A DNA stretch of 64,000 nucleotides from an uncultured Chloroflexia bacterium (GTDB taxonomy: Bacteria; Chloroflexota; Limnocylindria; Limnocylindrales; CSP1-4). Below, piece after piece: positions 37,197 to 46,479 of the stretch. Numbering within the stretch: the stretch's first letter is position 1; each line of letters opens with the position of its first letter. The position numbers were made by a program, and so were the translations under genes. Where the stretch lies: the NCBI GenBank assembly GCA_963728745.1, contig CAVSKY010000001.1, forward strand, positions 329,972 through 393,971, given 5' to 3'. The notes under the pieces are model-generated. The model saw nothing but the letters and a program-made list of their open reading frames with translations. It was not told where the DNA came from and did not search any database.

Positions 37197-38432
37197 CTAT
37201 TGCACCTCGCCGTCCAGGAAGAACGTCTCCATCAGTCCCTTGCCCTTGATGTCGACCTGGCCGCGCGACGTCATGACGAACCTGTCGCGGAGCCGGCGTT
37301 CGACCGCCCCGGTCACCTGGATCCGCCCGGGCACGCCTGTTGACTCCATCCGCGACGCCAGGTTGACCGTGTCGCCCCACACGTCGTAGATGAATTTCCT
37401 GGTCCCGATCACACCGGCGACAACGGGCCCTGCGTGCATGCCGATGCGAAACTCGACCCCGAGGCGTCGCGCCACCTCGTTATCGCCGACCTCGGCGGCG
37501 ATGCTGAGGGCGAGCGTCGCCAGACGCTCCAAGTGGTCGGGCTGCCAGATCGGCATCCCGCCCACGATCATGTAGGCGTCGCCGATCGTCTTGACCTTTT
37601 CGAGCCCGCTCGCCGCGACGAGCCTGTCGAACACACTGAAGACGTCGTTGAGCAGCGAGACGAGCTCGGCAGCGTCCATCGTGCTCGACATCCCGGTGAA
37701 CCCGACGATGTCGGCGAACAGCAGCGAGACGTCCTCATGCCGGTCCGCGATCAACGATTCGCCATTGCGAAGTCGGTCGGCGATCGGTTCGGGCAGGATA
37801 TTCAGCAGGAGCTCGATGTTCCTGTCGTTCGCCGCCCTGAGCTCCAGCTGGGCGGTGATGTCGGTGCCATACACGTTGATGAACTCGAATTCGGGAACCT
37901 CCACGGCAAGGAGCGCGAAATGGCGCCCCTGGCTGTTCGCGTGGACGGACCGTCGCTCTCCCTGCCTGGCAACGCCCTGGAGGTCGCTCCGGTAGGGCTG
38001 CGGGAGCAGTAAGCCCACCTTTCCGCCGATCCCGTCGATCAATCCCTGCGCGGCAGGATTCACATAGACGAGCACGCCGTCCATCGAGATGCGGAAGACC
38101 GGGTTCGGGTTCTGATCGGGGAACTTCGTGATCGCCCGTTGGGCGGTCACGTCCGTGCCATACACGTTCGTGAACCCGAGATCCGGAAGCCGAACGGCGA
38201 GCAACTCGAAGGTTCGCGCGCCGACTCGAACGTCGATCGGTCCGTCGGCGCTCTGGACCCGCTCGAACCAGGGTCGCGGGACAGGCTCGTCCACCGTCAG
38301 TTCGAGCGCCTCGAGGAGCGGCTGGCTCGCCGCGTTCGCGTAGATCAGCATCCCGTCGTGGGCGACGCGCATCACCGGGTGCGGATTGGCGCCCGGGAAG
38401 TACTCGGTCCGGGGGTCGGCGCGTGACGGCAT
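37197..38432 (-). CDS. Class III adenylate/guanylate cyclase with two tandem N-terminal PAS-like modules
   Basis: C-terminal cyclase domain (FADIVGFTGMS, KTIGDAYMIVGG, GDTVNLASRMES). Two about 90-aa internal repeats (PNPVMRVAHDGMLIYAN... and PNPVFRISMDGVLVYVN...). Confidence 0.85.
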   Translation of the reverse strand: MPSRADPRTEYFPGANPHPVMRVAHDGMLIYANAASQPLLEALELTVDEPVPRPWFERVQSADGPIDVRVGARTFELLAVRLPDLGFTNVYGTDVTAQRAITKFPDQNPNPVFRISMDGVLVYVNPAAQGLIDGIGGKVGLLLPQPYRSDLQGVARQGERRSVHANSQGRHFALLAVEVPEFEFINVYGTDITAQLELRAANDRNIELLLNILPEPIADRLRNGESLIADRHEDVSLLFADIVGFTGMSSTMDAAELVSLLNDVFSVFDRLVAASGLEKVKTIGDAYMIVGGMPIWQPDHLERLATLALSIAAEVGDNEVARRLGVEFRIGMHAGPVVAGVIGTRKFIYDVWGDTVNLASRMESTGVPGRIQVTGAVERRLRDRFVMTSRGQVDIKGKGLMETFFLDGEVQ

Positions 38433-38475
38433 GCCGCACTCATCCTACGGAACGGGGCAGCCTCGCGGCGGGGAT

Positions 38476-40107
38476 TCAGGTGGCGTCGAGCCGCCAGGCG
38501 TCGACGGGCTCACGCTTGCCCTTGACGCGTACCGGACCGAGCTCGACGCCTCGGCGGTCTGGTTCGAGCGACTCCCACGTCGCGCGGCCGACGACGATCT
38601 GGCCGGGTTCGGCCGCCGCCATGAGCCGTGCGGCGGTGTTGATCGTGTCGCCGATCACCGCGAAGCTGCGGCGCTCGGCCGCACCGACGTCGCCGACCAC
38701 GGCTCGTCCCGTATTGACGCCGACGCGGAAGACCGGCCAGCCCGGATGGCTCGTCGCGAGTGGTCGCGCGGCATCGACGATCGACACTGCGGCGCGGGCA
38801 GCCCGTCGTGCATGGTCAGGCTGGTCGCCAGCCGCGTTGAAGATCGCCATGACGCCATCGCCGGCGAAATGCTCGATGGCGCCGCCAGTTGCATCGATCG
38901 CCGGGACGACGGCGGCCCAGAAGGCGTTCAGCATCGTCAGGACCTCGGTCGGCGGCCGGGTCTCGCTGAACGTCGTGAACCCGGCAAGGTCGGCGAAGAC
39001 GACGCTGACCTCGCGTTCCTCACCGGCCAATGCGGCACCCGTTCCTTCCCGCCGGATGCGTTCCGCGGCGACCGACGGGAGATAGGGCTGGAACGAGGCG
39101 TCCAGCCTGCGCAGCTCGTTGGCTGTGCCGGCCAGCAGCGCGACCTCGTCGGTCGTCGCACCCTCGGACCGCAACTGGGACAGCACGCCGTCGACTGATC
39201 CGCCCTTTGCGTCCGCCTCGGCGACCGCGGTGATGGCCCCGGCATACCAGCGATCGATGCGCGCCAGGGTCTGCTCCAGGTACAGCCCGCCGAAGGCTCC
39301 CGTGAGCGTGCCGCTCCGCCGGTACTCCGCCCGCGCGCCGAGCGCGATCAGCGCGAATGCCGCGAGCAGCAGGACGTGCCACTCCCACCAGCTCAGCCGC
39401 CAGTTGCGGCTCAGGACGACGGCGATCATCGCCTCGGCGAGCAGGATCAGCGCGATCGCGACCGACAACAGGATCGTGCCCCCGCGCTGTCCGTACATGC
39501 GGAACGACCGCCATGCAGCCAAGGCATACAGGGCGACCGCGCCGCCGCCGAGCACCGTCAGCAGGCCGACGCCCTCCTTCGCCGGAGGCGGGCCATCAAG
39601 GGGCGGCAGTTGCGCCAGCGACAGGAATCCCCACAGGGCCATCAGTGTCAGGAGACCGCCCAGCAGCACCGGTCGCAACCTGAGGACCGTTGGCGACCCA
39701 GGCCCCGCGATGGAGCTGACCGACGCGGCCGCGAACAGGGCGGCCAACACGAGCCCCATCGGTGTGGCGATGACGAAGCCGGCGTTCGGCTGCTCGAGCA
39801 GCACGCCGGGTGTCGCGAGCGCGTGCAGTGCGAGGAACCCGGCACTCGACATGAACGCGAGCGAGATCAGCACGAGGCGCGCGTCGCGGAACCGACCGGC
39901 CGCGACATTGGTGACGTAGGCGAGGACGACGTTGACCCCCGCCGTGACCAGCACCAGCCAGAAGTGGCTCGGGTGATGCTCCCATTCGAGGTCGAGATCC
40001 GGCCGGGCGAGCAACAACCCAAGACCGGCGAGCGGGATGACGATCGCCACGACGACCGACCATGGGATCCTGTTCACCCCGGCCCTCGTCCGGACATCCG
40101 TGGACAT
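38476..40107 (-). CDS. Membrane-anchored class III adenylate cyclase (6 TM + cyclase domain)
   Basis: Hydrophobic N-terminal half, cyclase domain FADLAGFTTFSE...IEHFAGDGVMAIFN...IGDTINTAARLM. Start ATG about 40107 chosen by aa counting. Confidence 0.8.
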   Translation of the reverse strand: MSTDVRTRAGVNRIPWSVVVAIVIPLAGLGLLLARPDLDLEWEHHPSHFWLVLVTAGVNVVLAYVTNVAAGRFRDARLVLISLAFMSSAGFLALHALATPGVLLEQPNAGFVIATPMGLVLAALFAAASVSSIAGPGSPTVLRLRPVLLGGLLTLMALWGFLSLAQLPPLDGPPPAKEGVGLLTVLGGGAVALYALAAWRSFRMYGQRGGTILLSVAIALILLAEAMIAVVLSRNWRLSWWEWHVLLLAAFALIALGARAEYRRSGTLTGAFGGLYLEQTLARIDRWYAGAITAVAEADAKGGSVDGVLSQLRSEGATTDEVALLAGTANELRRLDASFQPYLPSVAAERIRREGTGAALAGEEREVSVVFADLAGFTTFSETRPPTEVLTMLNAFWAAVVPAIDATGGAIEHFAGDGVMAIFNAAGDQPDHARRAARAAVSIVDAARPLATSHPGWPVFRVGVNTGRAVVGDVGAAERRSFAVIGDTINTAARLMAAAEPGQIVVGRATWESLEPDRRGVELGPVRVKGKREPVDAWRLDAT

Positions 40108-40222
40108 GTCCGGAGCATACGACCCGACGAACAGCGCAACGTCGTGCGATTGCGATGCGTTCGCAATCGCCGTGGATGGGTCGCTGAGTCGCGCCGACGC
40201 GAGCCTCGCGTAGACCGGTGGC

Positions 40223-40426
40223 ATGACCGACCAGAACGAACCGATCGAGCTGCCGGCACCGAAGGACGATCCAGGCAACCGGGCGACCGACGACCACGTC
40301 GCTGCGCCTGCTCCGCGCGGAACGACGCAGCCCACCGAGGGCCTCGACGAGTCCGTCGCGGACGAGCACTTGCGGTCCCCATCACAGGGCGTTCGACCGG
40401 AAACGCCGCCGCCCGACGAAGGCTAA
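40223..40426 (+). CDS. Possible small acidic, Pro-rich hypothetical protein (67 aa)
   Basis: ATG start, TAA stop, fairly high GC3 but weak RBS. Intergenic between the adenylate cyclase and the AlkZ-like gene. Confidence 0.3.
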   Translation: MTDQNEPIELPAPKDDPGNRATDDHVAAPAPRGTTQPTEGLDESVADEHLRSPSQGVRPETPPPDEG

Positions 40427-40462
40427 GCACCGGTCGACGTACCGCGCTGCCATCATCGGGGC

Positions 40463-41500
40463 GTGACCGTCCCGATCCTCTCGCCACGCGCCCTGAACCG
40501 CGCCCTGCTGGCGCGGCAACTATTGCTGGAGCGTTCGCAGGTGTCCATCCCTGAAGCGGTCGAGCAGGTCGGCGGGTTGCAGACGCAGTACGCGCCGTCC
40601 GGCTATGTCGGGCTGTGGACCCGGCTCGCCGGCTTCGAACGCTATGCGCTGACCCGCGCGCTCGAGGATCGCAGCGTGATCCAGGCGACGCTCCTGCGGA
40701 CCACCATCCACATGGTGTCGCGGCGCGAGTACTGGCCATACGCCCTCGGCGCCCGGGAAGCGCGCCGGGAGCAGTGGCGTCGGACGTGGGCGCGGGCCGT
40801 CGGGGCAGGGGAGGAGGACCTGGAGGCGGCTGCTGACCGGATGCGAGTCGCCCTGGCCGATGGACCACGAACGGTCAAGGAGCTCGGCGATCTGGCGACC
40901 GGCTTCGTCGGGACGCTCGGCCTGTGGGTCGATCTCGTGCGGGTGCCGCCGGCCGGGACGTGGCAGCGGCGCCGTGCGGATCGGCTTGCGCTCGCCGAGG
41001 CCTGGGTGGGCCCGCCCGATTCGACCGAGGCGGAGGGGTTGACGCACATCGTCCGCGCCTACCTGCGGGCGTTCGGGCCGGCCGCGTGGCGCGACATCGC
41101 GTCGTGGTCGGGTATCCCATTACCGGTGCTCAAGACGGCTGCCGAAGGCGTCGAGCTGGTCCGATTCCACGACGACGACGGGCGCGAGCTCATCGATCTG
41201 CCCGACCAGCCGCTACCTGATCCGGATATGCCAGCGCCGGTCAGGTTCCTGCCGCACTGGGACGCCAATCTGCTGGTCCATGCGCGACGGACCGGGCTCC
41301 TGCCCGAGCCGTATCGATCGCGCGTCTTCTCCACGAAGAACCCGTTCTCGGTCGGGACCTATCTCGTCGACGGCAGTGTCGCCGGCGCGTGGTCCCTGCG
41401 CGACGAGCGCATCGAGCTCCAACCGTACGAGGAGCTACGAACGAAGGACCGCCGGGCTGTGGAGGCCGAACGCGAGGCGCTGGAAGCATTCCACGTCTGA
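40463..41500 (+). CDS. Winged-helix DNA-binding domain protein, AlkZ/YcaQ-like (HTH_42, DUF1006) putative DNA glycosylase
   Basis: N-terminal LLLERSQVSIPEAVEQVGGLQTQYAPSGYVGLWTRL carries a Q-x-Q motif at the position of the AlkZ catalytic QxQ. About 345 aa, typical for the family. Confidence 0.65.
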   Translation: MTVPILSPRALNRALLARQLLLERSQVSIPEAVEQVGGLQTQYAPSGYVGLWTRLAGFERYALTRALEDRSVIQATLLRTTIHMVSRREYWPYALGAREARREQWRRTWARAVGAGEEDLEAAADRMRVALADGPRTVKELGDLATGFVGTLGLWVDLVRVPPAGTWQRRRADRLALAEAWVGPPDSTEAEGLTHIVRAYLRAFGPAAWRDIASWSGIPLPVLKTAAEGVELVRFHDDDGRELIDLPDQPLPDPDMPAPVRFLPHWDANLLVHARRTGLLPEPYRSRVFSTKNPFSVGTYLVDGSVAGAWSLRDERIELQPYEELRTKDRRAVEAEREALEAFHV

Positions 41501-41502
41501 GC

Positions 41503-41910
41503 TCAGGGTGGGCTTTCCGGCGCGTCGCCTGCCGGACGCATCACCAGGAATTCCGTGACCTTGATCAGGCCGAGGAAGAACCGGACGGGGAGCGGCATCA
41601 GCCGCCGGCTCGGGTCGTTGACAAGCCGCGGCTCGACGAGGTGGATCGTGCGGCCGAGCGTGAACAGGTCACACTCGCCCGCCGCAAGCACGTTCTTGAC
41701 CCAGTCGACCTGCGACCCGTAGGTCAGCGCGAACACGCGCTCGGACCCGGCGCGGAACACGTTCATCGGCACGCGGTAGACGCGGCCGCTCTTCCGGCCG
41801 CGAACGATCACGATCCCGAACCAGGGCAGGTACCCCACGATGCGCCGGCTCAGCGGATTGACCACCCGGGTCGTGAAGGGACGCAGGAACGTGATGCGTG
41901 TGCGGGTCAT
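41503..41910 (-). CDS. Deazaflavin (F420)-dependent nitroreductase family protein (Ddn-like, DUF385)
   Basis: PWFGIVIVRGRKSGRVYRVPMNVF...VDWVKNVLAAGECDL matches the Ddn/DUF385 family. Confidence 0.75.
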   Translation of the reverse strand: MTRTRITFLRPFTTRVVNPLSRRIVGYLPWFGIVIVRGRKSGRVYRVPMNVFRAGSERVFALTYGSQVDWVKNVLAAGECDLFTLGRTIHLVEPRLVNDPSRRLMPLPVRFFLGLIKVTEFLVMRPAGDAPESPP

Positions 41911-41945
41911 CGGGCGGATCGGTCGGTCGATGCCATACTCGGTTG

Positions 41946-42392
41946 ATGCGGTTCAGGACCACCCTCGACTCGGCGGGCAAGAACGCGGCCGGTTTCCGGG
42001 TCCCGCCGGAGGTCGTGGAGGCGCTCGGCAAGGGTAAGCGCCCACCGGTCGTCGTGACCATCAACGGCTACTCGTACCGCAACACGGTCGCCGTCTACGG
42101 CGATGAGTTCCTGATCGGCGTTGCCCAGGAGCATCGGGCCCCCGCCAGTGTCAAACCCGGCGACGAGATCGAGGTCGACCTGGTGCTCGATACCGCCCCG
42201 CGCGAGGTCGAGCTCCCCGCCGACTTCGCGGCCGCCCTGGACGCGGACGGCGATGCAAAGCGCTTCTTCGAAAGCCTGTCGTACAGCAACAAGCGCCGGT
42301 TCACGCTGTCGATCGAGGATGCCAAGTCCGAGGAGACCCGCAAACGCCGGATCGAGAAGTCGGTGAGCCAGCTCCGTGAGGGACGGACCTAG
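41946..42392 (+). CDS. DUF1905 + YdeI/OmpD-associated (bacteriocin-protection) family protein
   Basis: MRFRTTLDSAGKNAAGFRVPPEVVEALGKGKRPPVVVTINGYSY (DUF1905) and C-terminal FFESLSYSNKRRFTLSIEDAKSEETRKRRIEK (YdeI-like). Confidence 0.6.
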   Translation: MRFRTTLDSAGKNAAGFRVPPEVVEALGKGKRPPVVVTINGYSYRNTVAVYGDEFLIGVAQEHRAPASVKPGDEIEVDLVLDTAPREVELPADFAAALDADGDAKRFFESLSYSNKRRFTLSIEDAKSEETRKRRIEKSVSQLREGRT

Positions 42393-42576
42393 TCAAGGCC
42401 GCGGCCGTCCCTTCTGATTGCTGGCAGGGATCGATCTCCTCGCGAACACGCAAGAAATGCGGCTCAGGAGGCGTGGATCGACGTTACGCATCGCGATCGA
42501 TCGCACTGCGCGATCACTCGGCGACGATACGCCGTTCGCTGCGCGCTTCAGGACGGAATTGATCGCTCCCCGCGAT

Positions 42577-42978
42577 TTAGCTGCCGGTGCCGATGCGAGT
42601 CTCAGCCGAGGCCGATCGCATCATCCACGACTCGCGCGCGAGCACGAGCGCGACCAGCAGGATCAGGAACCCGTTCACGGGGTGGAGTGCCGCGATCGCC
42701 GGGCTGGACGTCTTCATGACGACGAACACCGACTGGAGGATCACGAGACCGAAGATCACGGCAGCCATGATCGCGGCCCGGCGGCCCAAGCCGCCAAGGA
42801 GCCCGAGCACCAGCAGCACGATCGGGAAGATGCTGATCATGTATCCGAAATCCCGATGCGTGATGAAGACGGTCGGCGACTCGAACACGCCGCGGCCAGC
42901 CAGCCAGACTTGGATCACCAGCACTGCCACTAGCAGCCAAGCGATTGCCGCGTGAAGATTGCGCGCGATCGGTCGCAT
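42577..42978 (-). CDS. Small integral membrane protein (4 TM), divergent from padR
   Basis: MRPIARNLHAAIAWLLVAVLVIQVWLAG... hydrophobic helices. Confidence 0.5.
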   Translation of the reverse strand: MRPIARNLHAAIAWLLVAVLVIQVWLAGRGVFESPTVFITHRDFGYMISIFPIVLLVLGLLGGLGRRAAIMAAVIFGLVILQSVFVVMKTSSPAIAALHPVNGFLILLVALVLARESWMMRSASAETRIGTGS

Positions 42979-43031
42979 CGATGCCTCCCAGTGGATCCCC
43001 TTCGAGCGCAGCGTACGGGCGCGGTCGTCGA

Positions 43032-43060
43032 TTGACACTATATCCGTAGTTGATATAGTG
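43032..43060 (+). promoter_or_regulatory. Sigma-70-like promoter (TTGACA-N17-TATAGT) overlapping a CACTATAT-N9-ATATAGTG inverted repeat. Putative PadR operator; padR mRNA probably leaderless.
   Basis: Hexamers and 17-nt spacing read directly. The -10 ends 5 nt before the padR ATG (43066). Perfect 8-bp inverted repeat arms. Confidence 0.5.
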
Positions 43061-43065
43061 CGGTC

Positions 43066-43404
43066 ATGCCGTCGAGCGAAGCACCGCTGCCGACCGCCGC
43101 CATCCACATCCTGGTGGCGATCGGGTCAGCGACGAGACATGGCTACTCGATCATGACCGAGGTCGCGTCGTCGACCTCCGGTGCGGTCAAGCTTGCCCCG
43201 GGCACGCTCTACACCAACATCCAGCGGCTTCTGAACGCCGGCCTGATCGAGGAGGCAGAACCGACAGGGTTCGAACGCAGCGACGGTCCTCGGCGGAGGT
43301 ACTACCGATTGACGATGACCGGTCGCCAGGTCGTCGCGGCTGAGGTCACCCGGATGGAAGGCTTGGTAACTCGCGCACGCCAATGGCTGCAAGAGCCGCC
43401 CTGA
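43066..43404 (+). CDS. padR: PadR family transcriptional regulator
   Basis: ILVAIGSATRHGYSIMTEVASSTSGAVKLAPGTLYTNIQRLLNAGLIE wHTH typical of PadR. Confidence 0.85.
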   Translation: MPSSEAPLPTAAIHILVAIGSATRHGYSIMTEVASSTSGAVKLAPGTLYTNIQRLLNAGLIEEAEPTGFERSDGPRRRYYRLTMTGRQVVAAEVTRMEGLVTRARQWLQEPP

Positions 43405-43994
43405 TGACCGTCCACGAACGCGTGTATCGAGCGCTCCTGCGGAGCTACCCGGCGACCTTCCGCGATCACTATGCCGAGGAGATGGCCCGCCTGTTCGGGG
43501 AGCAGCTGCGCGATGTACGCGCCGTGCATGGCCGTTTCGGGCTCGCTGGTCTTTGGCTGCGCTCGATCGCCGACATCATCGCGACTGCGCCCCGGCACCA
43601 TCTAAGGAGGGAGCGTCCGATGCCAGAGCCGGTCAAAGCCGGGTTGATGTCCGGGACCATGCCGGTTCACAGCAGCCATCGATCGCGCTCGCGATTGATG
43701 CTGGGACTGATGCCGATCTGGCTCCTGCTGTTCCTGTCGATAGCGACCCCAGGTTTCATGGATCCGCTGTTCGCTAACCCTCCCGAACTCGTCGGCCTGC
43801 CGCTCGGTATCTTCGTCATCGTGGGATCGGTCGCACTGACCGTCATGGGTCTGATGCTCCTCCGGCGAACCGAGTCTGACCTGGTGGTCGTCATCACCTT
43901 CCTGCTGTTCACGATCCCGGCGGCCCTTCTCCTGGTGTTGGGTCCTGCGGCGATCCTCCTTGTGATAAACGGGGCAGGCCCGACGATCCCCTGA
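43404..43994 (+). CDS. PadR-associated integral membrane protein
   Basis: Start overlaps the padR stop. N-terminal cytoplasmic segment then 3-4 TM helices. Confidence 0.55.
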   Translation: MTVHERVYRALLRSYPATFRDHYAEEMARLFGEQLRDVRAVHGRFGLAGLWLRSIADIIATAPRHHLRRERPMPEPVKAGLMSGTMPVHSSHRSRSRLMLGLMPIWLLLFLSIATPGFMDPLFANPPELVGLPLGIFVIVGSVALTVMGLMLLRRTESDLVVVITFLLFTIPAALLLVLGPAAILLVINGAGPTIP

Positions 43995-44054
43995 TCTGCG
44001 CCGGGTCGGGACCTGCCTGCATCGCGAACGCCTCGATCCCCGGCGCGGCTAGGA

Positions 44055-44588
44055 TTGGCCGCGATGGAGTTGGTGCCATACGCGGACGAGCACCTGTGGT
44101 TGACGGAGGCGCTCGAGACCGACGACCAGGTCATGGCCGAACTCGGCGGTGCCTGGCCGCGCGACGCGATCCTTGGCATCCACGCGCGAAGGCTCAAGAG
44201 CATCGCCGGCGGGACGTGGCTGTTCACGATCGTGCCCGAACCGGGTTCGGCGCCCGTCGGCTTGATCGGCGTCTTCGACTCGGACCTCGACGGGAGTCCT
44301 ATCAGCGAGGCCTTCTGGTTGATCCTGCCGGCGCACCAGCGCCGCGGCTACGCGAGCGAGGCCCTTCGGATGGTGCTCGAGCGGGCGCAGGCGGATGCTC
44401 GCTGGGGTCCGATCCACGCATTCACGGGAATCACGAATAGCCCATCGAACGCTCTATGCCGCAAGTTCGGCTTCACCCTGATCGCTGAGCGCGAGATCGA
44501 ATACGGCGGGCGGACCCTCCGCTGCAATCACTGGATCCGGGAACCGCTGGTTTCTGACACCTCGCAGACCAGACCCGAAGGGAAGTAG
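44055..44588 (+). CDS. GNAT family N-acetyltransferase
   Basis: AHQRRGYASEALRMVLERA acetyl-CoA binding motif (Q/RxxGxA). Confidence 0.7.
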   Translation: MAAMELVPYADEHLWLTEALETDDQVMAELGGAWPRDAILGIHARRLKSIAGGTWLFTIVPEPGSAPVGLIGVFDSDLDGSPISEAFWLILPAHQRRGYASEALRMVLERAQADARWGPIHAFTGITNSPSNALCRKFGFTLIAEREIEYGGRTLRCNHWIREPLVSDTSQTRPEGK

Positions 44589-44593
44589 GCGGA

Positions 44594-45319
44594 GTGTGGC
44601 GGCGGAAGCGCGGCCGAGGCCTGTTCCGTGACTACGAGCTTCAGGTGATCGATCTGATCCGCTCTGGCCTGGATGCACGTGGCGCCGATCTCCTCGATCG
44701 CCAGATCGGATCCACCGAGTCCGTCCACCGCATGTTCGATGATCAGGATGTCTTGCTCTATCCGAACCGTCGAGGACCTCAGCATCACGACCCCGACATC
44801 GCCTTCCCGAATGTCGCGAAGGAGCTGCGTCTCGCGACGGTCCGACTTGCAGGATCAGAAGGCAATGGCCAAGTAGGGATCCACGTGGTCCACGGGCACA
44901 TATTCGAGCTCGACTTCCGGCCAAGCCCCAAGCGACTCGGGGGACGCTCATCGATCCGCACGACCGGCATCACGCTACATGCGGATCCGATGACCCCGGA
45001 TGACGGTGCCGGCCCACGTCGACTCCTGGCCCAGCTCGATGACCGGACGCGCGCGGAGTACGAAGCCCTCACCGCAGGGAGCCCGGCCGACCCGTTCCTC
45101 AGCGGGCTCGAGGACCTCTACTCGATCCACCTGGAGGACGGTGAGTACCTGCTGCTCGCCCAGCTCCCGGACACGAGCTTCGTCGTCGCTCCCACCGGCC
45201 CGAAGCGTTCCGGCGTGTACCGCTTCTGGCCCGATGGTGAGGCTATCGCGGAGTACGCCAGTATCCGGGCCGCTATCGATGATGCCGATGTCGAACCCAA
45301 CGACGCTAGAGGCGGATGA
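44594..45319 (+). CDS. Hypothetical protein
   Basis: 241-aa ORF with coding-like GC3. No recognisable motif. Confidence 0.45.
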   Translation: MWRRKRGRGLFRDYELQVIDLIRSGLDARGADLLDRQIGSTESVHRMFDDQDVLLYPNRRGPQHHDPDIAFPNVAKELRLATVRLAGSEGNGQVGIHVVHGHIFELDFRPSPKRLGGRSSIRTTGITLHADPMTPDDGAGPRRLLAQLDDRTRAEYEALTAGSPADPFLSGLEDLYSIHLEDGEYLLLAQLPDTSFVVAPTGPKRSGVYRFWPDGEAIAEYASIRAAIDDADVEPNDARGG

Positions 45320-45322
45320 CGG

Positions 45323-45703
45323 ATGGCTCAAGACGCGAACGCATCTGACCAGATCGACGCCATGCTGGCGGCGTTGCCCGACGATCAACGGATAGCGCTC
45401 CAGTCGTTGCGCGAGATGATCGCCGCGGCCGCGCCCGAGGCCGTCGAGGCGATCAGCTACGCCCTCCCGGCGTTCAGATACCGTGGGCGTCCGCTTGTCT
45501 CGTACGGGGCCGCCAAGTCCCATGTGGCGTTCTACTGCATGAGCCCGGGTGCGATGGAGCAGCACAGCGACCTGCTGGCCGGCTACGACACCTCGAAGGG
45601 CACGATCCGCTTCCAGCCGAACAAGCCGCTGCCCGCATCGCTGGTCACGACGCTCGTAAACGCGCGCCTGGCGGAGACGGACGCAGCCGCGAAGCGATCG
45701 TGA
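45323..45703 (+). CDS. DUF1801 (YdhG-like) domain protein
   Basis: LREMIAAAAPEAVEAISYALPAFRYRGRPLVSYGAAKSHVAFY pattern of the DUF1801 family. Confidence 0.65.
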   Translation: MAQDANASDQIDAMLAALPDDQRIALQSLREMIAAAAPEAVEAISYALPAFRYRGRPLVSYGAAKSHVAFYCMSPGAMEQHSDLLAGYDTSKGTIRFQPNKPLPASLVTTLVNARLAETDAAAKRS

Positions 45704-45725
45704 GAGGCGTGCCAGCTCGCCGGCA

Positions 45726-45900
45726 CGTGGAACGTCACGCGTTCCGACCGACGGCTGAGCTGCGCGAAACGAGCGCGAAGCCGGCCATTCCTCGGTCGTT
45801 TGGAACGCGCAGAGTTCCGATCAGCGGCTGAGGAGCAGGATCCCGCCCGCTCCTTCGTCGCTTGGAACGTGGGACGTTCCTGGCGATGTGCACGTTCCGA
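45726..45900. repeat. Cluster B of GGAAC-N7-GTTCC hairpin palindromes (three full copies and one half-site)
   Basis: cacgTGGAACgtcacgcGTTCCgaccg, tttGGAACgcgcagaGTTCCgatc, cttGGAACgtgggacGTTCCtgg, gcacGTTCCgacc. Confidence 0.6.
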
Positions 45901-45950
45901 CCATTCGTGGCATCGTTGCGTCTGCAACGACACGCCGGAGGGACGCCCAC

Positions 45951-46379
45951 ATGACGGACGTCAAGTCATTCGAGGACAAGCTCATCGCCGAGATGCGGGC
46001 GAACGACGGCAAGGTCCTGAGCGGCCCGCTCGCAGGGCATCCGCTCCTGATCATGACGAGCAGAGGAGCCAGGACCGGAGCGCCTCGCCGGGCGATCCTG
46101 ACCTACCACCGCGATGGCGACGACTACATCGTGGCCGGCACCGCGGGCGGCTCCAAGGCCGACCCGGCTTGGTTGCACAACGTCGAGGCCGATCCCGAGG
46201 TGACGATCGAGGTCGACACCCAGCAGTCCGAGGCGACAGCGACCACCATCGTCGAGGGCGCGGAGCGTGATCGCCTCTGGGACGACCACGTCAAGGCCCT
46301 GCCGTGGTTCGCCGACTATCCCGCCCAGACCGGCCGGCTGATTCCGATGATCCGGCTGGCCCGTCAGCGCGCGACCTGA
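45951..46379 (+). CDS. Deazaflavin (F420)-dependent nitroreductase family protein (Ddn-like, DUF385)
   Basis: GHPLLIMTSRGARTGAPRRAILTYHRDGDDYIVAGTAGGSKADPAWLHNVEADPEVTIEV...ERDRLWDDHVKALPWFADY matches Ddn-family conserved blocks. Confidence 0.8.
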   Translation: MTDVKSFEDKLIAEMRANDGKVLSGPLAGHPLLIMTSRGARTGAPRRAILTYHRDGDDYIVAGTAGGSKADPAWLHNVEADPEVTIEVDTQQSEATATTIVEGAERDRLWDDHVKALPWFADYPAQTGRLIPMIRLARQRAT

Positions 46380-46479
46380 CGCCAGGCCGGGGCGGCGCGC
46401 GTTCCCACCGGACGGGAGCTTGCGACCCCATTCGACCGCCGTCGACTAGATCGCCCGCTCCACGAGGAGTGGAGTAGGG

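Noticed and set aside
45726-45900. GAAC-N-GTTC palindromes as LexA Cheo (SOS) boxes
   Set aside because: The Gram-positive/actinobacterial LexA box is GAAC-N4-GTTC. These have N7-N8 spacers and occur in tandem arrays. They are not upstream of recognisable SOS genes, and the uvrA-like gene lacks them.
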